A stretch of 64,000 nucleotides of DNA from an uncultured virus (IMG/VR IMGVR_UViG_2897118514_000003) (Duplodnaviria > Heunggongvirae > Uroviricota > Caudoviricetes): the IMG/VR virus record IMGVR_UViG_2897118514_000003, positions 1 through 64,000 of that record; one strand, given 5' to 3'. The notes below the pieces were generated by a model. The model was given only the letters and a program-made list of their open reading frames with translations, had not been told where the DNA came from and searched no databases. The translations under genes and the position numbers were made by a program. Of this stretch, positions 1-13,268 are shown in pieces. Within the stretch, counting starts at the first letter, position 1. Each line of letters starts with the position of its first letter.

Positions 1-1230
<1,230 letters not shown>

Positions 1231-1519
1231 TTATAGGGTTTCTGACTCATAAACAACTTATTCCCCAAAGAGGTACGTGAGATGACTTTGCCAGATTTGC
1301 TTTTGCGGAGCGAAATAAAAATATGTTGAATATTTAGTACATTGTTTATTTAGTTTTGTTGTTCCCTAGTTACGTCCGTTTTTCCATTTTCTATTAAAAA
1401 AGAACACTTTGTGACATGATCATTCCCCTAAATTTTGTTTTATTGGTTGCTTTCATTAATTCGATTACAAAGTTGAACATATGATGCATGGTAGAGAAAC
1501 GAGAGTTGGAGGATAAGCC

Positions 1520-1945
1520 ATGCCTAAACAGCAAACAGCAGAACTAAAACCATTTTTCCATAACAAAACAGTTTTAGTCACTGGCGGAACGGGTTCAATC
1601 GGGAGTCAAATTGTCAAACGCCTTTTGATGCTTACACCTAAACAGGTGATTGTATTCAGCAAAGACGACAGTAAACAGTATGTCATGAGCCAAAAGTATG
1701 CGGAGGATAAGCGGCTATTATTTGTACTTGGAGATGTACGCGATCACAGAAGGGTGAATCAGGTGATGAAAGGCGTCGATATCGTATTTCACGCGGCTGC
1801 GCTGAAACAGGTTCCGACATGTGAGGACCATCCATTTGAAGCGATCCAGACCAATCTCATCGGCGGACAAAATGTGGTGGAAGCTGCCCTTTCACACCGA
1901 GTGCAGCATGTCATTAATATCAGTACAGATAAAGCTGTATATTAA
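1520..1945 (+). pseudogene. spsM: 5' fragment of spsM (yodU), spore polysaccharide dehydratase, interrupted by the prophage
   Basis: GGTGSIG Rossmann motif and HAAALKQVP; ORF stops just after STDKAV at the att core. Confidence 0.95.
1925..1940 (+). mobile_element. Prophage attachment core ACAGATAAAGCTGTAT (left junction, attL by B-O-P' convention)
   Basis: Matches the recalled 16-bp SPbeta att core in spsM; host-like sequence changes to AT-rich phage sequence here. Confidence 0.92.
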
Positions 1946-1979
1946 GATACTTACTACATATCTAACGAAAAAAAGAAGC

Positions 1980-2746
<767 letters not shown>

Positions 2747-2820
2747 TCAATCACTCTCCTAATCTATATTGAAGGTAAAATATGTATGTGCTAAAATCGT
2801 TCCTGAAAGAGGTGTACATA

Positions 2821-3063
2821 GTGAAAAAACAATGGAAACCAGTTGATTCAAGACTCAATGAGCTCATGCATGAATATAGCGTTTCAATTGAAGATCTTGT
2901 TGAACGTACTGGATTATCAAAACAACGTATTAATGATTATGTAGGTGGTTTTAAATCAAATATGAATATTGGAACAGCAATGACATTTGCTGATGCCATA
3001 GGTTGCTCTATAGAAGAGCTTTATGTATGGAACTTTAAAGAGCGCAGACAATTAACCAAATAA
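2821..3063 (+). CDS. yotL: Xre-family HTH regulator
   Basis: GTG start gives 80 aa; HTH-like, similar to the yopS-like ORF at 57624. Confidence 0.8.
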   Translation: MKKQWKPVDSRLNELMHEYSVSIEDLVERTGLSKQRINDYVGGFKSNMNIGTAMTFADAIGCSIEELYVWNFKERRQLTK

Positions 3064-3064
3064 C

Positions 3065-3259
3065 TTATAATATGGTTCCCTTTTTGACCCACCTTATTTC
3101 CTGCATTAATTCCTCATTATTGTCAGCCAAGTTAATTAAGTTACGATGTGCTCTTTGCAAATCTTTTTCTTCAATGGCCTCCTTTACTGTTTTCATTTGT
3201 CTATCCATCTTGTTATACAGCGTTTGAATTGAATGATATGCCTCGTTAATTTTTCTCAC
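3065..3259 (-). CDS. Small coiled-coil phage protein (YotK-like)
   Basis: ORF track and synteny. Confidence 0.55.
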   Translation of the reverse strand: MRKINEAYHSIQTLYNKMDRQMKTVKEAIEEKDLQRAHRNLINLADNNEELMQEIRWVKKGTIL

Positions 3260-3467
3260 CCTTCATTTTTTGGTTTTTATCTATGTAATCAATAACCATT
3301 CTGCTGACTTGTTTAACGAACTGTTCATATTTCTCGTTTTCATTATCACTGTAGATAATCTAGCCCCATGAAGTCTCTAACAATTTCGCTAGAGGAGAAA
3401 AGTTGGTCTTCAATTGTACTGAACATTGTTTTCCAATCTTTAAACTCTTTATCAATCAATGTTGTGT

Positions 3468-5531
3468 TCATTGTGTAAGCTCCTTAATTTGATTTATTTT
3501 TTTGGAACAAAATTTAAATATTTCATCAAAGCCCTTTCCTAAGTTATAATCAAAGTCCTCCTCAAATTTGGAGTGCTCATCAATTTCATAAAAAGAAATT
3601 AAAAAATTGTAAATACTGATAACAAATGTGGTGTTACGAGCGGGTATTGTTAAATCTATCCAATCAATATCATCACTGTAGGGCCCGCAATATTCCCTTT
3701 TAATTGAGAATTCTAAATTATTTTTCAATAACACCTCACAAATATAGCGTTCAATTTTTTCTAAGCTCTGCAGGTTCTTTTTATATTCTTGACATTCTTC
3801 ACATCTTTTTGCTAAAGACTTTTCAATATGCATGTGTATATTCTCATCACTTTTAACAGCATTAACAAAATCATTTAATGTAGCTCTGACCTCTCCACAT
3901 TCACAAGCGTATTCATATGGCAAGATTGCCGCTTTAATGATTTCCTTGAATTTCAAGTAATATTGCTCTTCATCAAGGTTGTGGACTTCTAGGGTGTCAT
4001 CCAATTTATATTTGCAATTAAAGCCCATATAAACTTTTAATATTCCCTTTTTAATTAAAATTCTTCCTATCTGACTCCTATCCCGACATTTCCTTTTAAT
4101 CCAAATACAAAGCTCCTCTTCGGAAGGTTTCTGCCAATCAAGCGTTACGAAGATGGATGGATCAGATATTTGATCTCTAATAAATTTAAGGGTTTGTTCT
4201 TCCCCTTGCAAAAATCTGCACAATTTTTCAGGACACGGAATCGGTTTAAGCTTTTCCTTATATTTAAATATCTTCTTATCGAAAACTTTAAATAATTTCT
4301 CTGCGTTTTTAAGTTTTTTTATCTGTGACCAGACATCTTCACAAACAGTTAAACATTTAAAACTATTGTAATAAAGGTAAAGACCGTTCCTCTTATAAAG
4401 AACTTAATACAAATCGTCGTTATATTTTTTTTGCATTTCAGATAGAGTTTCAATAAAACAACGGCTAGTTTTAATTTGTTCTATTTTTAACATATCCACC
4501 AAATCTCTTGCTACGGATTCAACGCTTTTTCCTGAAGTGAAAGAACTTATTTCAATAGAATCTTTGATGGTTTCTATGTCACTGTCTAATTTTTCAACAC
4601 TCGACACAGTAAACTCTATATGAGAATTTCCAAGTGTCTTATATTTCATTGAAAAATCATTGTTGTCATTATTGAATGTCACTTTGAATTTATGAATTTC
4701 ATCTTTAATCCGTTGTTCATTTTTAAATTGTAGATAATCAGTCTTTAATCCATTGCAACTTTTTTTATTCAATATTGATTCGATGATTTCTTTATCTTGT
4801 TCATTAAATGAATCAATAAGCAATACCATTTCTTCAATACTTATTTCATCTTTTTTGTATCTAAGAACGTCTTGCCAAAACCAATCTAATTTTTCAATCC
4901 TCATTTTATATTCATTTAATTTGACTGATTTATAGATTTCTTCCTTGTACTGCCCAATGGTTTGATGATACAGATCATTCTTTTTTGTGTATCTGCATTT
5001 CCCATCGTAAAATAAAGGAACAAGTGTATAAACTTCACCATTATGTTTAAGCCTTTTTATATCAACTTCCACAATTGTTTTATTTAGCTCTAGCCAATAA
5101 TCAATATAGTCTTCAACATTCTTCTTATTGCTATATTGCATTTCAATAATAATCTCTTGGTTACACTCTGTCTTTATGCTTAAGTCGGGGTTGTATTTCC
5201 CATTAGAAAGCTTATAAACAGGTTCAATCTTGATTTCTTTACACACATATTCAATGACATCGTCTGTCTTTATGTAAAACTTGTCACCAGGCTCTATGAA
5301 TTTATTTTTAAACCACCAGTGAACCATTGATTCAGCATTACAACTAGATAAATCAACATGAGCAAAATGAGGTGTTACTTTCTTAGACTCAATTGCTTTT
5401 GGGATTAAACTTGATCCACAAATCGGACAGAAAAATGTACTTTTTTTATTAAATTTATTAATTTTGTCAATGGTTATAACTCTATTATCAATATCTCTTG
5501 CAAACCACTGTTTTACATTCTCGAAAGACAC
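3468..5531 (-). pseudogene. CoiA-like Zn-finger/PD-(D/E)XK nuclease-domain protein interrupted by one in-frame TAA (4404-4406)
   Basis: ORFs 4404..5735 and 3468..4223 share a frame and the 180 nt between them are open; CPICG..HFAH, PDL..IEMQ motifs; internal RBS AGGAGGGGAG before GTG at 5531. Confidence 0.7.
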
Positions 5532-5794
5532 CGACTCCCCTCCTCTTTCTTTAATTATTCTTGTCCTTTGCTCAACATATTCATCCCATATAGATCCGTT
5601 TATACAATAATTATCTTTCAAACTTTTTATTATTTCCTTATAGTCTGTATCCTCTTCCTTATTGTGTATTTCAATCAAAAACCTCAATAGCTTACCTTCA
5701 AGTGTTTCCTTATGTAAACCAAATAAGGTTTCCACTTACTCTCCGCTAATTTTATTTTCATTCTAAATAAAAGACCAATTTTATTTGGATTTAT

Positions 5795-6010
5795 TTATGT
5801 AATTTCATTTAAGTTTTCGTATTTAGTAAGCTCATCGATTACTCTTTCCAACTCAGAAATAGACATTTCACTGAAATTTGGTGCGTATCCTAAGACTTTA
5901 GCTAAAAACCACCGCTTTTCTTTCAGGTTATTAAAACCTAATCGTTTAAATTCTTTGGACAATTTTCTTCTCAACACAGGGAAATAACCTAGTGTAGTGT
6001 ATACGATCAA
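5795..6010 (-). CDS. Hypothetical phage protein
   Basis: 71 aa ORF with RBS AGGAGGT. Confidence 0.6.
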   Translation of the reverse strand: MIVYTTLGYFPVLRRKLSKEFKRLGFNNLKEKRWFLAKVLGYAPNFSEMSISELERVIDELTKYENLNEIT

Positions 6011-6182
6011 TTAAATTTACCTCCTAAAAAATCTGTTATTTTCTTTAAGTCATCATTATTCAAACATATCGAAACTCTCTTGTTGTGCCTTTTGTCTTCG
6101 ATAGTTATTAAGACATGATCTTTTCCTTTGTCAAAAGTAATTCTGTCTTCCTTAGGAAAAGTACGGCATTTGAAAACTTTTT

Positions 6183-6356
6183 TCATTGAAATAACCCTCC
6201 CCAAATCACTCCAGCAGCTAAAGAAGCTATAAAGACAGAAACAAATTTCATTATAATGAAGAATTTTATATGCTTTGTTTCATCCTCAGTTAAGTTCAAA
6301 TCTGATAAAGCGAATAAACCAAACATTATCAACAAAACCCAAGCTGTTACAATCAT
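6183..6356 (-). CDS. yotH: Small two-TM membrane protein, 57 aa
   Basis: [19 protein letters not shown]...GVIWGGLFQ read manually; size and position fit yotH. Confidence 0.65.
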   Translation of the reverse strand: MIVTAWVLLIMFGLFALSDLNLTEDETKHIKFFIIMKFVSVFIASLAAGVIWGGLFQ

Positions 6357-6905
6357 CTACTTAGAACCTCTTCCAACTGTATATCCGCCCGTAATGTCAT
6401 TTAAGATCGTGCTGCTTGGGAACAGCTTTTCACTCTTACTATCATTATTTTTAGTGTAATTAATGAAATCATCGAACTGGATTAAATACACTCCGTAAGC
6501 TGTGTTATTCAATTTATCGATGGTATCGTCACTTGGTTTGGAAAACCAGCTTTCAGTACCTTGGCCATACACTTCAAAAATTTCAAGAATCTCGTCCTTA
6601 TACTCAAAATAAGCCAGCTTATTTTCAAATTCACATTTCTCATCAACTGGATTTCCTACATGATTTGTCGCATATTCCATCATTGAAGTAAGCATGTAAC
6701 CTAATTCAACATCCGAGAAACTTAGTTGAGGTTTAGGTGTTCCGTAATAAATATCTGCTTCATTTAGAGATCCCCTTTGATTAACTTCTTTAATGATCTC
6801 TTCGATAGCAGTGTAGCCTTCATGAATAATAAAATCTCTTCGCATCTGGTCTCTTCGTTTATATTCATCTAAGAAACTTGTTATCTTAAACTCTGTATTC
6901 TTCAT
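6357..6905 (-). CDS. Hypothetical phage protein
   Basis: 182 aa ORF with RBS AAGGAGGAG. Confidence 0.7.
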   Translation of the reverse strand: MKNTEFKITSFLDEYKRRDQMRRDFIIHEGYTAIEEIIKEVNQRGSLNEADIYYGTPKPQLSFSDVELGYMLTSMMEYATNHVGNPVDEKCEFENKLAYFEYKDEILEIFEVYGQGTESWFSKPSDDTIDKLNNTAYGVYLIQFDDFINYTKNNDSKSEKLFPSSTILNDITGGYTVGRGSK

Positions 6906-7311
6906 TTAACTCCTCCTTGTATAAACCGATTATTTCTTGCATTCGTTGAAAGAAAATAATAATGCAACCTCTAGCATCAAAGGGGTATTCGCAATCAATT
7001 TCAGCACTGGATATGTATATTTCATATTCAATGCTCGATATTAGTTGAGCACTATAAGGTAACTCGAATTGCAAACACCTTTTCAGTATAGGTAGTTGCT
7101 TATTGATAAAATTCAAGAACTTCTTCTCATACTCAGGAACCTGTTCATATATTTTGTTTACAAGCTCTTCAATTGTATCTGCTTGCACCTTGTAGAGATT
7201 CTCGAACAGTTTTTTGTTGATGTCCATCAATTGGTATAAAGTCTTAACTGTTTTATACTTACCGGTTAAAGTCACTCCCCACCAATCAAACCGCTCAACT
7301 GCGTTCTTCAT
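6886..7311 (-). CDS. Hypothetical phage protein
   Basis: 141 aa ORF with RBS. Confidence 0.65.
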   Translation of the reverse strand: MKNAVERFDWWGVTLTGKYKTVKTLYQLMDINKKLFENLYKVQADTIEELVNKIYEQVPEYEKKFLNFINKQLPILKRCLQFELPYSAQLISSIEYEIYISSAEIDCEYPFDARGCIIIFFQRMQEIIGLYKEELNEEYRV

Positions 7312-7523
7312 ATACGCATCCCCTTTATAAAATTAGGCAACTTCTATCTTAATTTTCCCACCCTTATAAAACGCAGAATTTTTATAGGATCTTCTTTCTA
7401 TCTCTAATTGTTGCACAGTTGGATATCCTCCATATCCTTTCCAGAAAACATCGTTTATGAAAAGGCGATAGTTCCATTTCAAATTGCTCCAACTCCTTCT
7501 TCTAAATGAAATCAACATTTTAT

Positions 7524-7715
7524 CTACTTCCAATTGTAGTTCTCCTTTTCTTTCTCTGAATCACCTATATGCGAAAGAATCCAATTATGATAACCCTCTT
7601 CTCCACAATTAGGGCAATCCATTTCAGATATAACCTTTAATGTGTTTATCATAGGATTTTTAGCAAACAAGTGATGATTGCATTTTCTACAAAAAAACAC
7701 AACTTCATTTTCCAT
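7524..7715 (-). CDS. yotC: Small zinc-ribbon protein
   Basis: 63 aa, CRKC...CPNC; synteny. Confidence 0.7.
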   Translation of the reverse strand: MENEVVFFCRKCNHHLFAKNPMINTLKVISEMDCPNCGEEGYHNWILSHIGDSEKEKENYNWK

Positions 7716-7898
7716 GTCTCCCCTTCCCTTCTGTATAAAATTAGAATTTTATTTAGTTGCCGTAAAGATAATCTTCAAAAATGCTATCGTAACATCTATC
7801 TTCTTCAACACCTGTTAATAATGGTTCACCATAGACAATCTCATTATCTGTTTTCATTTCAACATCCCCTTAATGTAAAAAAATCAAAATAATTGAAT

Positions 7899-8726
7899 CT
7901 AAATCTCAAATGTTTTAAGTTCAAACGTTTTATATGAATCTACTTCTTCACCAGGTATCACATTGACACTCGGATAATTATCATAGTCATACGGGTATCC
8001 GATACAATTCATGTGAAAGCTCGTTTCATCTTTGTCAAACTCGGCTTGTAAATGATCATGGCCACAAATCCAATGTTTTGAGTTAATGAACGGTACATCA
8101 ACCATATAACATGTATTAGGCTCAAACGGGGAATAAGGATTGTGAACAGGTGGAACATGGGAAACAAATACATCAACTTGGATGTTTTCAAGCGTTTCGT
8201 ACCAATCCATTGATTCTTTCCACATCGCTCTTACCCCATCTTCTTTGTTATAGCCATTAATACAAATGTAATTCGAGTCATTAGATACTCCTTTAAAGAA
8301 GTCCCATCCTTCGATTCCTTTTGGAAGGTACCACATTACATCTCCTGCAAAGACTTTTCCTTTGTATGTTTCAGTTGTCTTAATTAATGGTGTTACATTT
8401 TTCATGTCAGCAGCTTTTTGAATTAGATCATTCAACCTGCCTAACGAGTCTGAGTATTTCCTTTTTTGGCTCTTGCTAAGTAAATAAAGATCATGATTAC
8501 CATATGTAAAGTAAACCTTCTCGTATTGCTTTGCTGCCTCATCTAAAACCCATAAAGTTTGTTGATTCCATTCGGTAAAATCACCGGCAATGACTAATAC
8601 CTCCCCATTACCGTTTGAGATTAACCTATTTACAATTTCTCTTGTTCGCTTCTCCCACTTAATCTGATTTACATTCCAAGGTATCCAATGATTTATATGG
8701 AGATCTGATACATAGTCAATTTTCAT
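7899..8726 (-). CDS. yotB: Calcineurin-like metallophosphoesterase
   Basis: 275 aa; SDLH, AGD, GNHD, GHDH motifs. Confidence 0.9.
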   Translation of the reverse strand: MKIDYVSDLHINHWIPWNVNQIKWEKRTREIVNRLISNGNGEVLVIAGDFTEWNQQTLWVLDEAAKQYEKVYFTYGNHDLYLLSKSQKRKYSDSLGRLNDLIQKAADMKNVTPLIKTTETYKGKVFAGDVMWYLPKGIEGWDFFKGVSNDSNYICINGYNKEDGVRAMWKESMDWYETLENIQVDVFVSHVPPVHNPYSPFEPNTCYMVDVPFINSKHWICGHDHLQAEFDKDETSFHMNCIGYPYDYDNYPSVNVIPGEEVDSYKTFELKTFEI

Positions 8727-8772
8727 TTTGTCCTCCCACCTTTCTTAATGAAAAAATTTATTTCTTTGGCGT

Positions 8773-8801
8773 GTATAAATTAAAACAATCTCTCCATAAT
8801 A
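8773..8801 (+). promoter_or_regulatory. Sigma-G-type promoter of sspC
   Basis: GTATA-N17-CATAATA upstream of sspC. Confidence 0.7.
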
Positions 8802-8847
8802 TGATTCAAACAAGCTTGTTTTCATTACACTTTAGGAGATGAATAAG

Positions 8848-9066
8848 ATGGCTCAACAAAGCAGATCAAGATCAAACAACAATAATGATTTACTAATTCC
8901 TCAAGCAGCTTCAGCTATTGAACAAATGAAACTCGAAATAGCTTCTGAGTTTGGTGTTCAATTAGGTGCTGAAACTACTTCACGCGCAAACGGTTCAGTT
9001 GGTGGAGAAATCACTAAACGTTTAGTTCGCTTAGCACAACAAAACATGGGCGGTCAATTTCATTAA
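8848..9066 (+). CDS. sspC: Alpha/beta-type small acid-soluble spore protein
   Basis: 72 aa; [37 protein letters not shown] signature. Confidence 0.97.
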   Translation: MAQQSRSRSNNNNDLLIPQAASAIEQMKLEIASEFGVQLGAETTSRANGSVGGEITKRLVRLAQQNMGGQFH

Positions 9067-9071
9067 TTTAT

Positions 9072-9092
9072 GAGGGGGATTATTCCCCTCTC
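9072..9092 (+). terminator. Terminator hairpin after sspC
   Basis: GAGGGGGA-TTA-TTCCCCTC followed by T-run. Confidence 0.7.
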
Positions 9093-9173
9093 TTTTTATA
9101 ATCCTTCTCTAAACCTGTACTAATGTTACTGTATTCATCCAGAAACTCTCATAAAAATACCTCGATTATCAAT

Positions 9174-9458
9174 CTAAAGCCTGCAATAATCTTCTTTCAG
9201 CCATTTATAAATTTTTTCTCCGATCTCTGTGTCATTCCATCCCCATTCTTCTGCTAATAAATGAATATCTCTCGGCAGGTGTTTATGTATATGAATTACA
9301 GATGTCGGGTCTGGTTTTTTATCATAATAATCATAATAACAATCGTGAATCTGATCATATACTTCTTCGTTTATCCACACATAATGACAAACCGCACACC
9401 CTGGAATTCCCTTTGGACAAGGTATTTTAACCCTATACCTGCCATTGATTTTCTCCAT
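9174..9458 (-). CDS. Hypothetical phage protein
   Basis: 94 aa ORF; RBS GGAGAGGAG right after the junction palindrome at 9478. Confidence 0.65.
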   Translation of the reverse strand: MEKINGRYRVKIPCPKGIPGCAVCHYVWINEEVYDQIHDCYYDYYDKKPDPTSVIHIHKHLPRDIHLLAEEWGWNDTEIGEKIYKWLKEDYCRL

Positions 9459-9494
9459 AGCTCGTTACTCCTCTCCATAAAATACAGATTTTAT

Positions 9495-9716
9495 TTAATA
9501 ATCACTTTCTTGGACAACTTTTTCACTTATTTCAATTTCACAGTCTTCCTTAAAAACTACACACAATTTCATTCTTATGTCGTCTTCAGTTGTGTACCAA
9601 GTTTTAACCAAATATGCTTCTTGTATAAAATCTTCTTCTACTATTTCATAAACATGGCCTACAAAATTTTTGTACCATCCATGCCCCTTTATAATCCGTA
9701 AATTTTCTGGTTTCAT
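9495..9716 (-). CDS. Hypothetical protein similar to the N-terminus of ORF 45563..46099
   Basis: Shared pattern I.KG..WY..FVG..YE...VKTW...D...V..ED.E. Confidence 0.7.
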   Translation of the reverse strand: MKPENLRIIKGHGWYKNFVGHVYEIVEEDFIQEAYLVKTWYTTEDDIRMKLCVVFKEDCEIEISEKVVQESDY

Positions 9717-10013
9717 TTATTCGTCCTCCTTTGCCTGCTCAACGATCTCATCGCGGCGTATTTGTGTGCTTTTCTCCGGCCGCCATAAACGTTCCTCTAG
9801 TGTCGTACAGACCGGAGTCGTTACCGTATTCACATCGCCAGGAATAATAACAACATCTTGATTCGTTTTTGCGTAGTGAACTACAAATCTATATGAATAT
9901 GCTCCCCCAATAACGATATCTCCAAAACGAGACTTATAACCAAAATATTTATCGTCCTTCTTTTCAAATACCGTATTCGCATTATTGATTACCGTTTGAC
10001 TCACATTTTTCAT
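9717..10013 (-). CDS. Hypothetical phage protein
   Basis: 98 aa ORF with RBS AGGAGG. Confidence 0.65.
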   Translation of the reverse strand: MKNVSQTVINNANTVFEKKDDKYFGYKSRFGDIVIGGAYSYRFVVHYAKTNQDVVIIPGDVNTVTTPVCTTLEERLWRPEKSTQIRRDEIVEQAKEDE

Positions 10014-10016
10014 TTT

Positions 10017-10379
10017 TCAGCCTCCTGAGATATCATTTAATTGTTGTTTCAGGTCAAAGAATTCATTATGAAGAATTTTAAATTTATCCTTATTTATGTA
10101 TGCTTTGTCATCATTAAAATCAAAAAGATATAAGTATTTTCTTTTATTTCTTCTAATAATTCGTAAAGCAATCGTGCAGCTTACCCATTCTTCATCTTCC
10201 AATTGGGTTAAGACTTCGCTTAACTCGAATAAGAATTCAAGCTTCTCTTTGTTTTGCTGAGTTTCAAGTCTTAAAAGATCCCTCTGTTTTTCAAGTAATG
10301 TTGTTTCAATTTGATATTTCTTTTCCTTTAAGACTCTTATCTGTTCGTTGGTGTTATGTATTTTGTCTCCTGCCTCCAA
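10017..10379 (-). CDS. Hypothetical protein (YosX-like)
   Basis: 120 aa; RBS AAGGAGGTGA; synteny. Confidence 0.65.
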   Translation of the reverse strand: MEAGDKIHNTNEQIRVLKEKKYQIETTLLEKQRDLLRLETQQNKEKLEFLFELSEVLTQLEDEEWVSCTIALRIIRRNKRKYLYLFDFNDDKAYINKDKFKILHNEFFDLKQQLNDISGG

Positions 10380-10639
10380 TGAATCACCTCCTTAAAGTTT
10401 GAATAAAATATTAGTTTTAAAGTAATTTTATTTTTACTCTAATTATGCATATTGAAGTCGTGTTGATTAACTTCATTTATCTTATCACCTAAAGGACTCT
10501 CGTGTCCACTGTTATTTTATTTTTACACTTAAAATCCTATAATACACTCTTGTTAAATAAACTTTAAAATGCTTGTACTAGGATTAAGACTTACAATTAT
10601 GCTATAATAATAGAAAATATTTGTAATGGAGTGAAAAAT

Positions 10640-11044
10640 ATGTCTGATAATCCAAATCCGAAATTTCCAAATGTTACACGTCCAAGGTGGGAGCCAAATG
10701 ATGATATAAACAACATCCAAGGTATAATTGATTTTATTAAAGATGAATATGGTAATTATTATACTCCCTACCAAACTTCAAAAAAAGGCGGAAAATTATC
10801 AGAAGTAACTTTAGTGCATGTCCTTTATGATGAAGCATTTAGTACAGTATTTGTGGATGATACACAAAAAGCATACCGCTTCAGTCATTTAGGGGAATTA
10901 CTACTAGATAGAATGAATGGGCATATTAAAGAGCTTGAAATTGAAGGTAGAAGAATATTTACAGTTCAAGACTTAATTAACAATGGAACTGAAGTTTATT
11001 TTTGGGACATAACTAAACCCAAAACTCAAAATAAACGACAATAA
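10640..11044 (+). CDS. Counter-oriented moron-like hypothetical protein
   Basis: RBS GGAGTG before ATG 10640; extended -10 TGCTATAAT at 10600-10608; terminator downstream. Confidence 0.7.
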   Translation: MSDNPNPKFPNVTRPRWEPNDDINNIQGIIDFIKDEYGNYYTPYQTSKKGGKLSEVTLVHVLYDEAFSTVFVDDTQKAYRFSHLGELLLDRMNGHIKELEIEGRRIFTVQDLINNGTEVYFWDITKPKTQNKRQ

Positions 11045-11062
11045 ATTTTACTTAGTCATGAT

Positions 11063-11091
11063 AGCCATTAAGCCTGAGAAGCTTAATGGCT
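11063..11091. terminator. Bidirectional terminator between moron and thymidylate synthase
   Basis: AGCCATTAAGC...GCTTAATGGCT inverted repeat. Confidence 0.75.
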
Positions 11092-11110
11092 TTCTTCTGC
11101 AAAGGCAGTA

Positions 11111-11950
11111 TTATACTGCTACCTCAAATAAAAGCTTGTCTCCGTGTTTATAGTTGATTAACTTGAAATCATCGATTGTAAAATGATAAAAATCTTTCAC
11201 TTCAGGATTGATCCATAGTTCAGGTGCTTCAAACTGTTCTCTTTCCATTTGAATTTTCAAATTGTCTATATGACGTGTGTACACATGGCAATCCCCAATG
11301 TTAAAGATATATTCACCAAGCTTATAACCAGTCACTTGAGCAATCATGCGCTGCAAAACATTGTACTGAAATACATTGAAGGGATTTCCCAATGCCATAT
11401 CATTGCTACGTGCTCTTACCTCTAGGTGGAGTTTTCCTTGCTTAACATACCATTGCGTCTCGTATACACATGGTGTTAAGGCCATTGAGTCTAATTCATC
11501 AGGATTCCAAAGCATTGTAATGTGTCTCCGTGAAGATGGGTTGTTCTTCAATTGATGCAGAAGATAATCAACCTGATCTACCTTTTCTCCATTTAGCTTT
11601 CTGTTTTTCTTGCCCAGCTGGAATCCATATGCATGTCCGATGCTGCCATCTTCTTGTTTCCACTGATCCCAAATATGTACGCCCATTTTGTTCAATTCAG
11701 TAACATCGTTCGATTTCAGCTGCCAAATCCAGAGCAACTCTTTAATCGCTGTTTTCCAGGCAACTTTTTTTGTCGTTAAAATCGGAACCTCTGAGTTGTC
11801 GAATCTCATTTGCTTACTAATCACGCTTAGTGTATGAGCAGATGTTCCATCTGATTCCCACTTGGTTCTTACATCAAACTCTTCGTCTGAGATTCCATTA
11901 TTGATGATATCCTTTATAATTGAATTGTATTGTTTATCGAATTGAGTCAT
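11111..11950 (-). CDS. thyP3: Thymidylate synthase (phi3T thyP3/ThyA type), 279 aa
   Basis: MTQFDKQY start; MALTPC, RSND, PFN, GDCHVY motifs. Confidence 0.95.
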   Translation of the reverse strand: MTQFDKQYNSIIKDIINNGISDEEFDVRTKWESDGTSAHTLSVISKQMRFDNSEVPILTTKKVAWKTAIKELLWIWQLKSNDVTELNKMGVHIWDQWKQEDGSIGHAYGFQLGKKNRKLNGEKVDQVDYLLHQLKNNPSSRRHITMLWNPDELDSMALTPCVYETQWYVKQGKLHLEVRARSNDMALGNPFNVFQYNVLQRMIAQVTGYKLGEYIFNIGDCHVYTRHIDNLKIQMEREQFEAPELWINPEVKDFYHFTIDDFKLINYKHGDKLLFEVAV

Positions 11951-12006
11951 GATTCTCAGTCCTTTTGGAAATAGTATTTGAAAAAGCAAAGCATTAATTA
12001 AATATT

Positions 12007-12423
12007 TTATACGAATATATCTGCCAAATAAAATACAACAAAAAGAAAATTCCCACAAACAAATAACAAGTAAAAATATGTGTTTTGCTTGATTCTTTCA
12101 CCGTCTAATACATCTAAAACTTTAAACATACTAAGGACAACATAAATAAGTGAAACTGCTGTCCAAGCAAGCATTAGAATGTTATCATGCATAATTAATC
12201 CGATATAAGCCAAAGGGACAATGAAAGATATCCCCTTGAGCAAAGTAAACAGGTAAATCAAATTCTTATTTCGTTTCATATTTTCAATAGTTGAATTATC
12301 GAGCACACTCTTTACTTTTCTATATGTATCACTTTCTCCTCGAACAATCAATCTGACCTCATTAATGTTTAATGCAATTAGATAAGCTGCTAGAAATAAA
12401 GTTAGATACGCTATAATAAACAT
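12007..12423 (-). CDS. Membrane protein
   Basis: 138 aa with about four hydrophobic segments; RBS AAGGAG. Confidence 0.65.
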   Translation of the reverse strand: MFIIAYLTLFLAAYLIALNINEVRLIVRGESDTYRKVKSVLDNSTIENMKRNKNLIYLFTLLKGISFIVPLAYIGLIMHDNILMLAWTAVSLIYVVLSMFKVLDVLDGERIKQNTYFYLLFVCGNFLFVVFYLADIFV

Positions 12424-12465
12424 CTCCTTATTTTATATTTGTCTTTTGATTTATTACTACTCTAA

Positions 12466-12681
12466 TCAAGTGATAATTAAGCATTTAGGCGAGTCATGGA
12501 AATCATAATCCCCTACTTTAAATAAATTAGTCGGTCTTGATCTATTCACTCGGCTAAGCTGGTCAAAGTTCCTCATTAATAAATCATCTTGCTGCATATT
12601 CTTATACCCATGTAAATTAATCAATTCGTTTATTTCTTCGGGTGTACCCTCAAATTCAATACCATTAATATTTGCTTTCAT
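12466..12681 (-). CDS. Hypothetical phage protein
   Basis: 71 aa, INGIEFEGTPEEI motif. Confidence 0.6.
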   Translation of the reverse strand: MKANINGIEFEGTPEEINELINLHGYKNMQQDDLLMRNFDQLSRVNRSRPTNLFKVGDYDFHDSPKCLIIT

Positions 12682-12970
12682 CCAAAAAACTCCCCTTTAA
12701 TTCATTCACTTGATCAGCAATGTTTTCTTTAATTGTATGTGGTAACTGATCAATCCCTTTTACAATCCGTTTCTGACCAGTTTTCTTGATTTTTGTAGTC
12801 ATCTCTTTAAAACACTCTAAAGCAGTATCTGAGATTTCATCATATAGCCCCTGAATTTTCACTAATACACTTAAATATTCTTCGTCACCGTCTTCAAATA
12901 GTGCCAATCCCTTTTCAAGTTTATTGATCTTTTCAATACTCTTTATTATTTTATTTTTATCCTTTAACAA
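12665..12970 (-). CDS. Hypothetical phage protein
   Basis: 101 aa ORF. Confidence 0.6.
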   Translation of the reverse strand: MLKDKNKIIKSIEKINKLEKGLALFEDGDEEYLSVLVKIQGLYDEISDTALECFKEMTTKIKKTGQKRIVKGIDQLPHTIKENIADQVNELKGSFLDESKY

Positions 12971-13268
12971 TTAATCACCCACCCAGTTTATTTTGGTCAT
13001 GTATCTTAAGGAAGTTAGTCGCTGCCTTTTTGTATCTCAGGTCTTTCTCGTACTCAGCAACTTGTCTCATATGGTCAATAAATTCATCTTCAAGTCCTTG
13101 CAATTGATTCATTTTGTTCTTTAACTAATACTTCAAATTCTGGTAAGTTTAACATTGTCATTTTCACCTCGAAAGTTCATAAAATGGTATATGAAACCAT
13201 TGTACTACTTTCTTAGCGATTGGTGAACTTTCAGTGTGAAGAATGATGTCTTATATTTAAAATGCTTT

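Noticed and set aside
11951..12058. N-terminal extension of thymidylate synthase in the ORF track
   Set aside because: Overlaps the upstream gene; ATG 11950 has an RBS and gives the expected 279 aa
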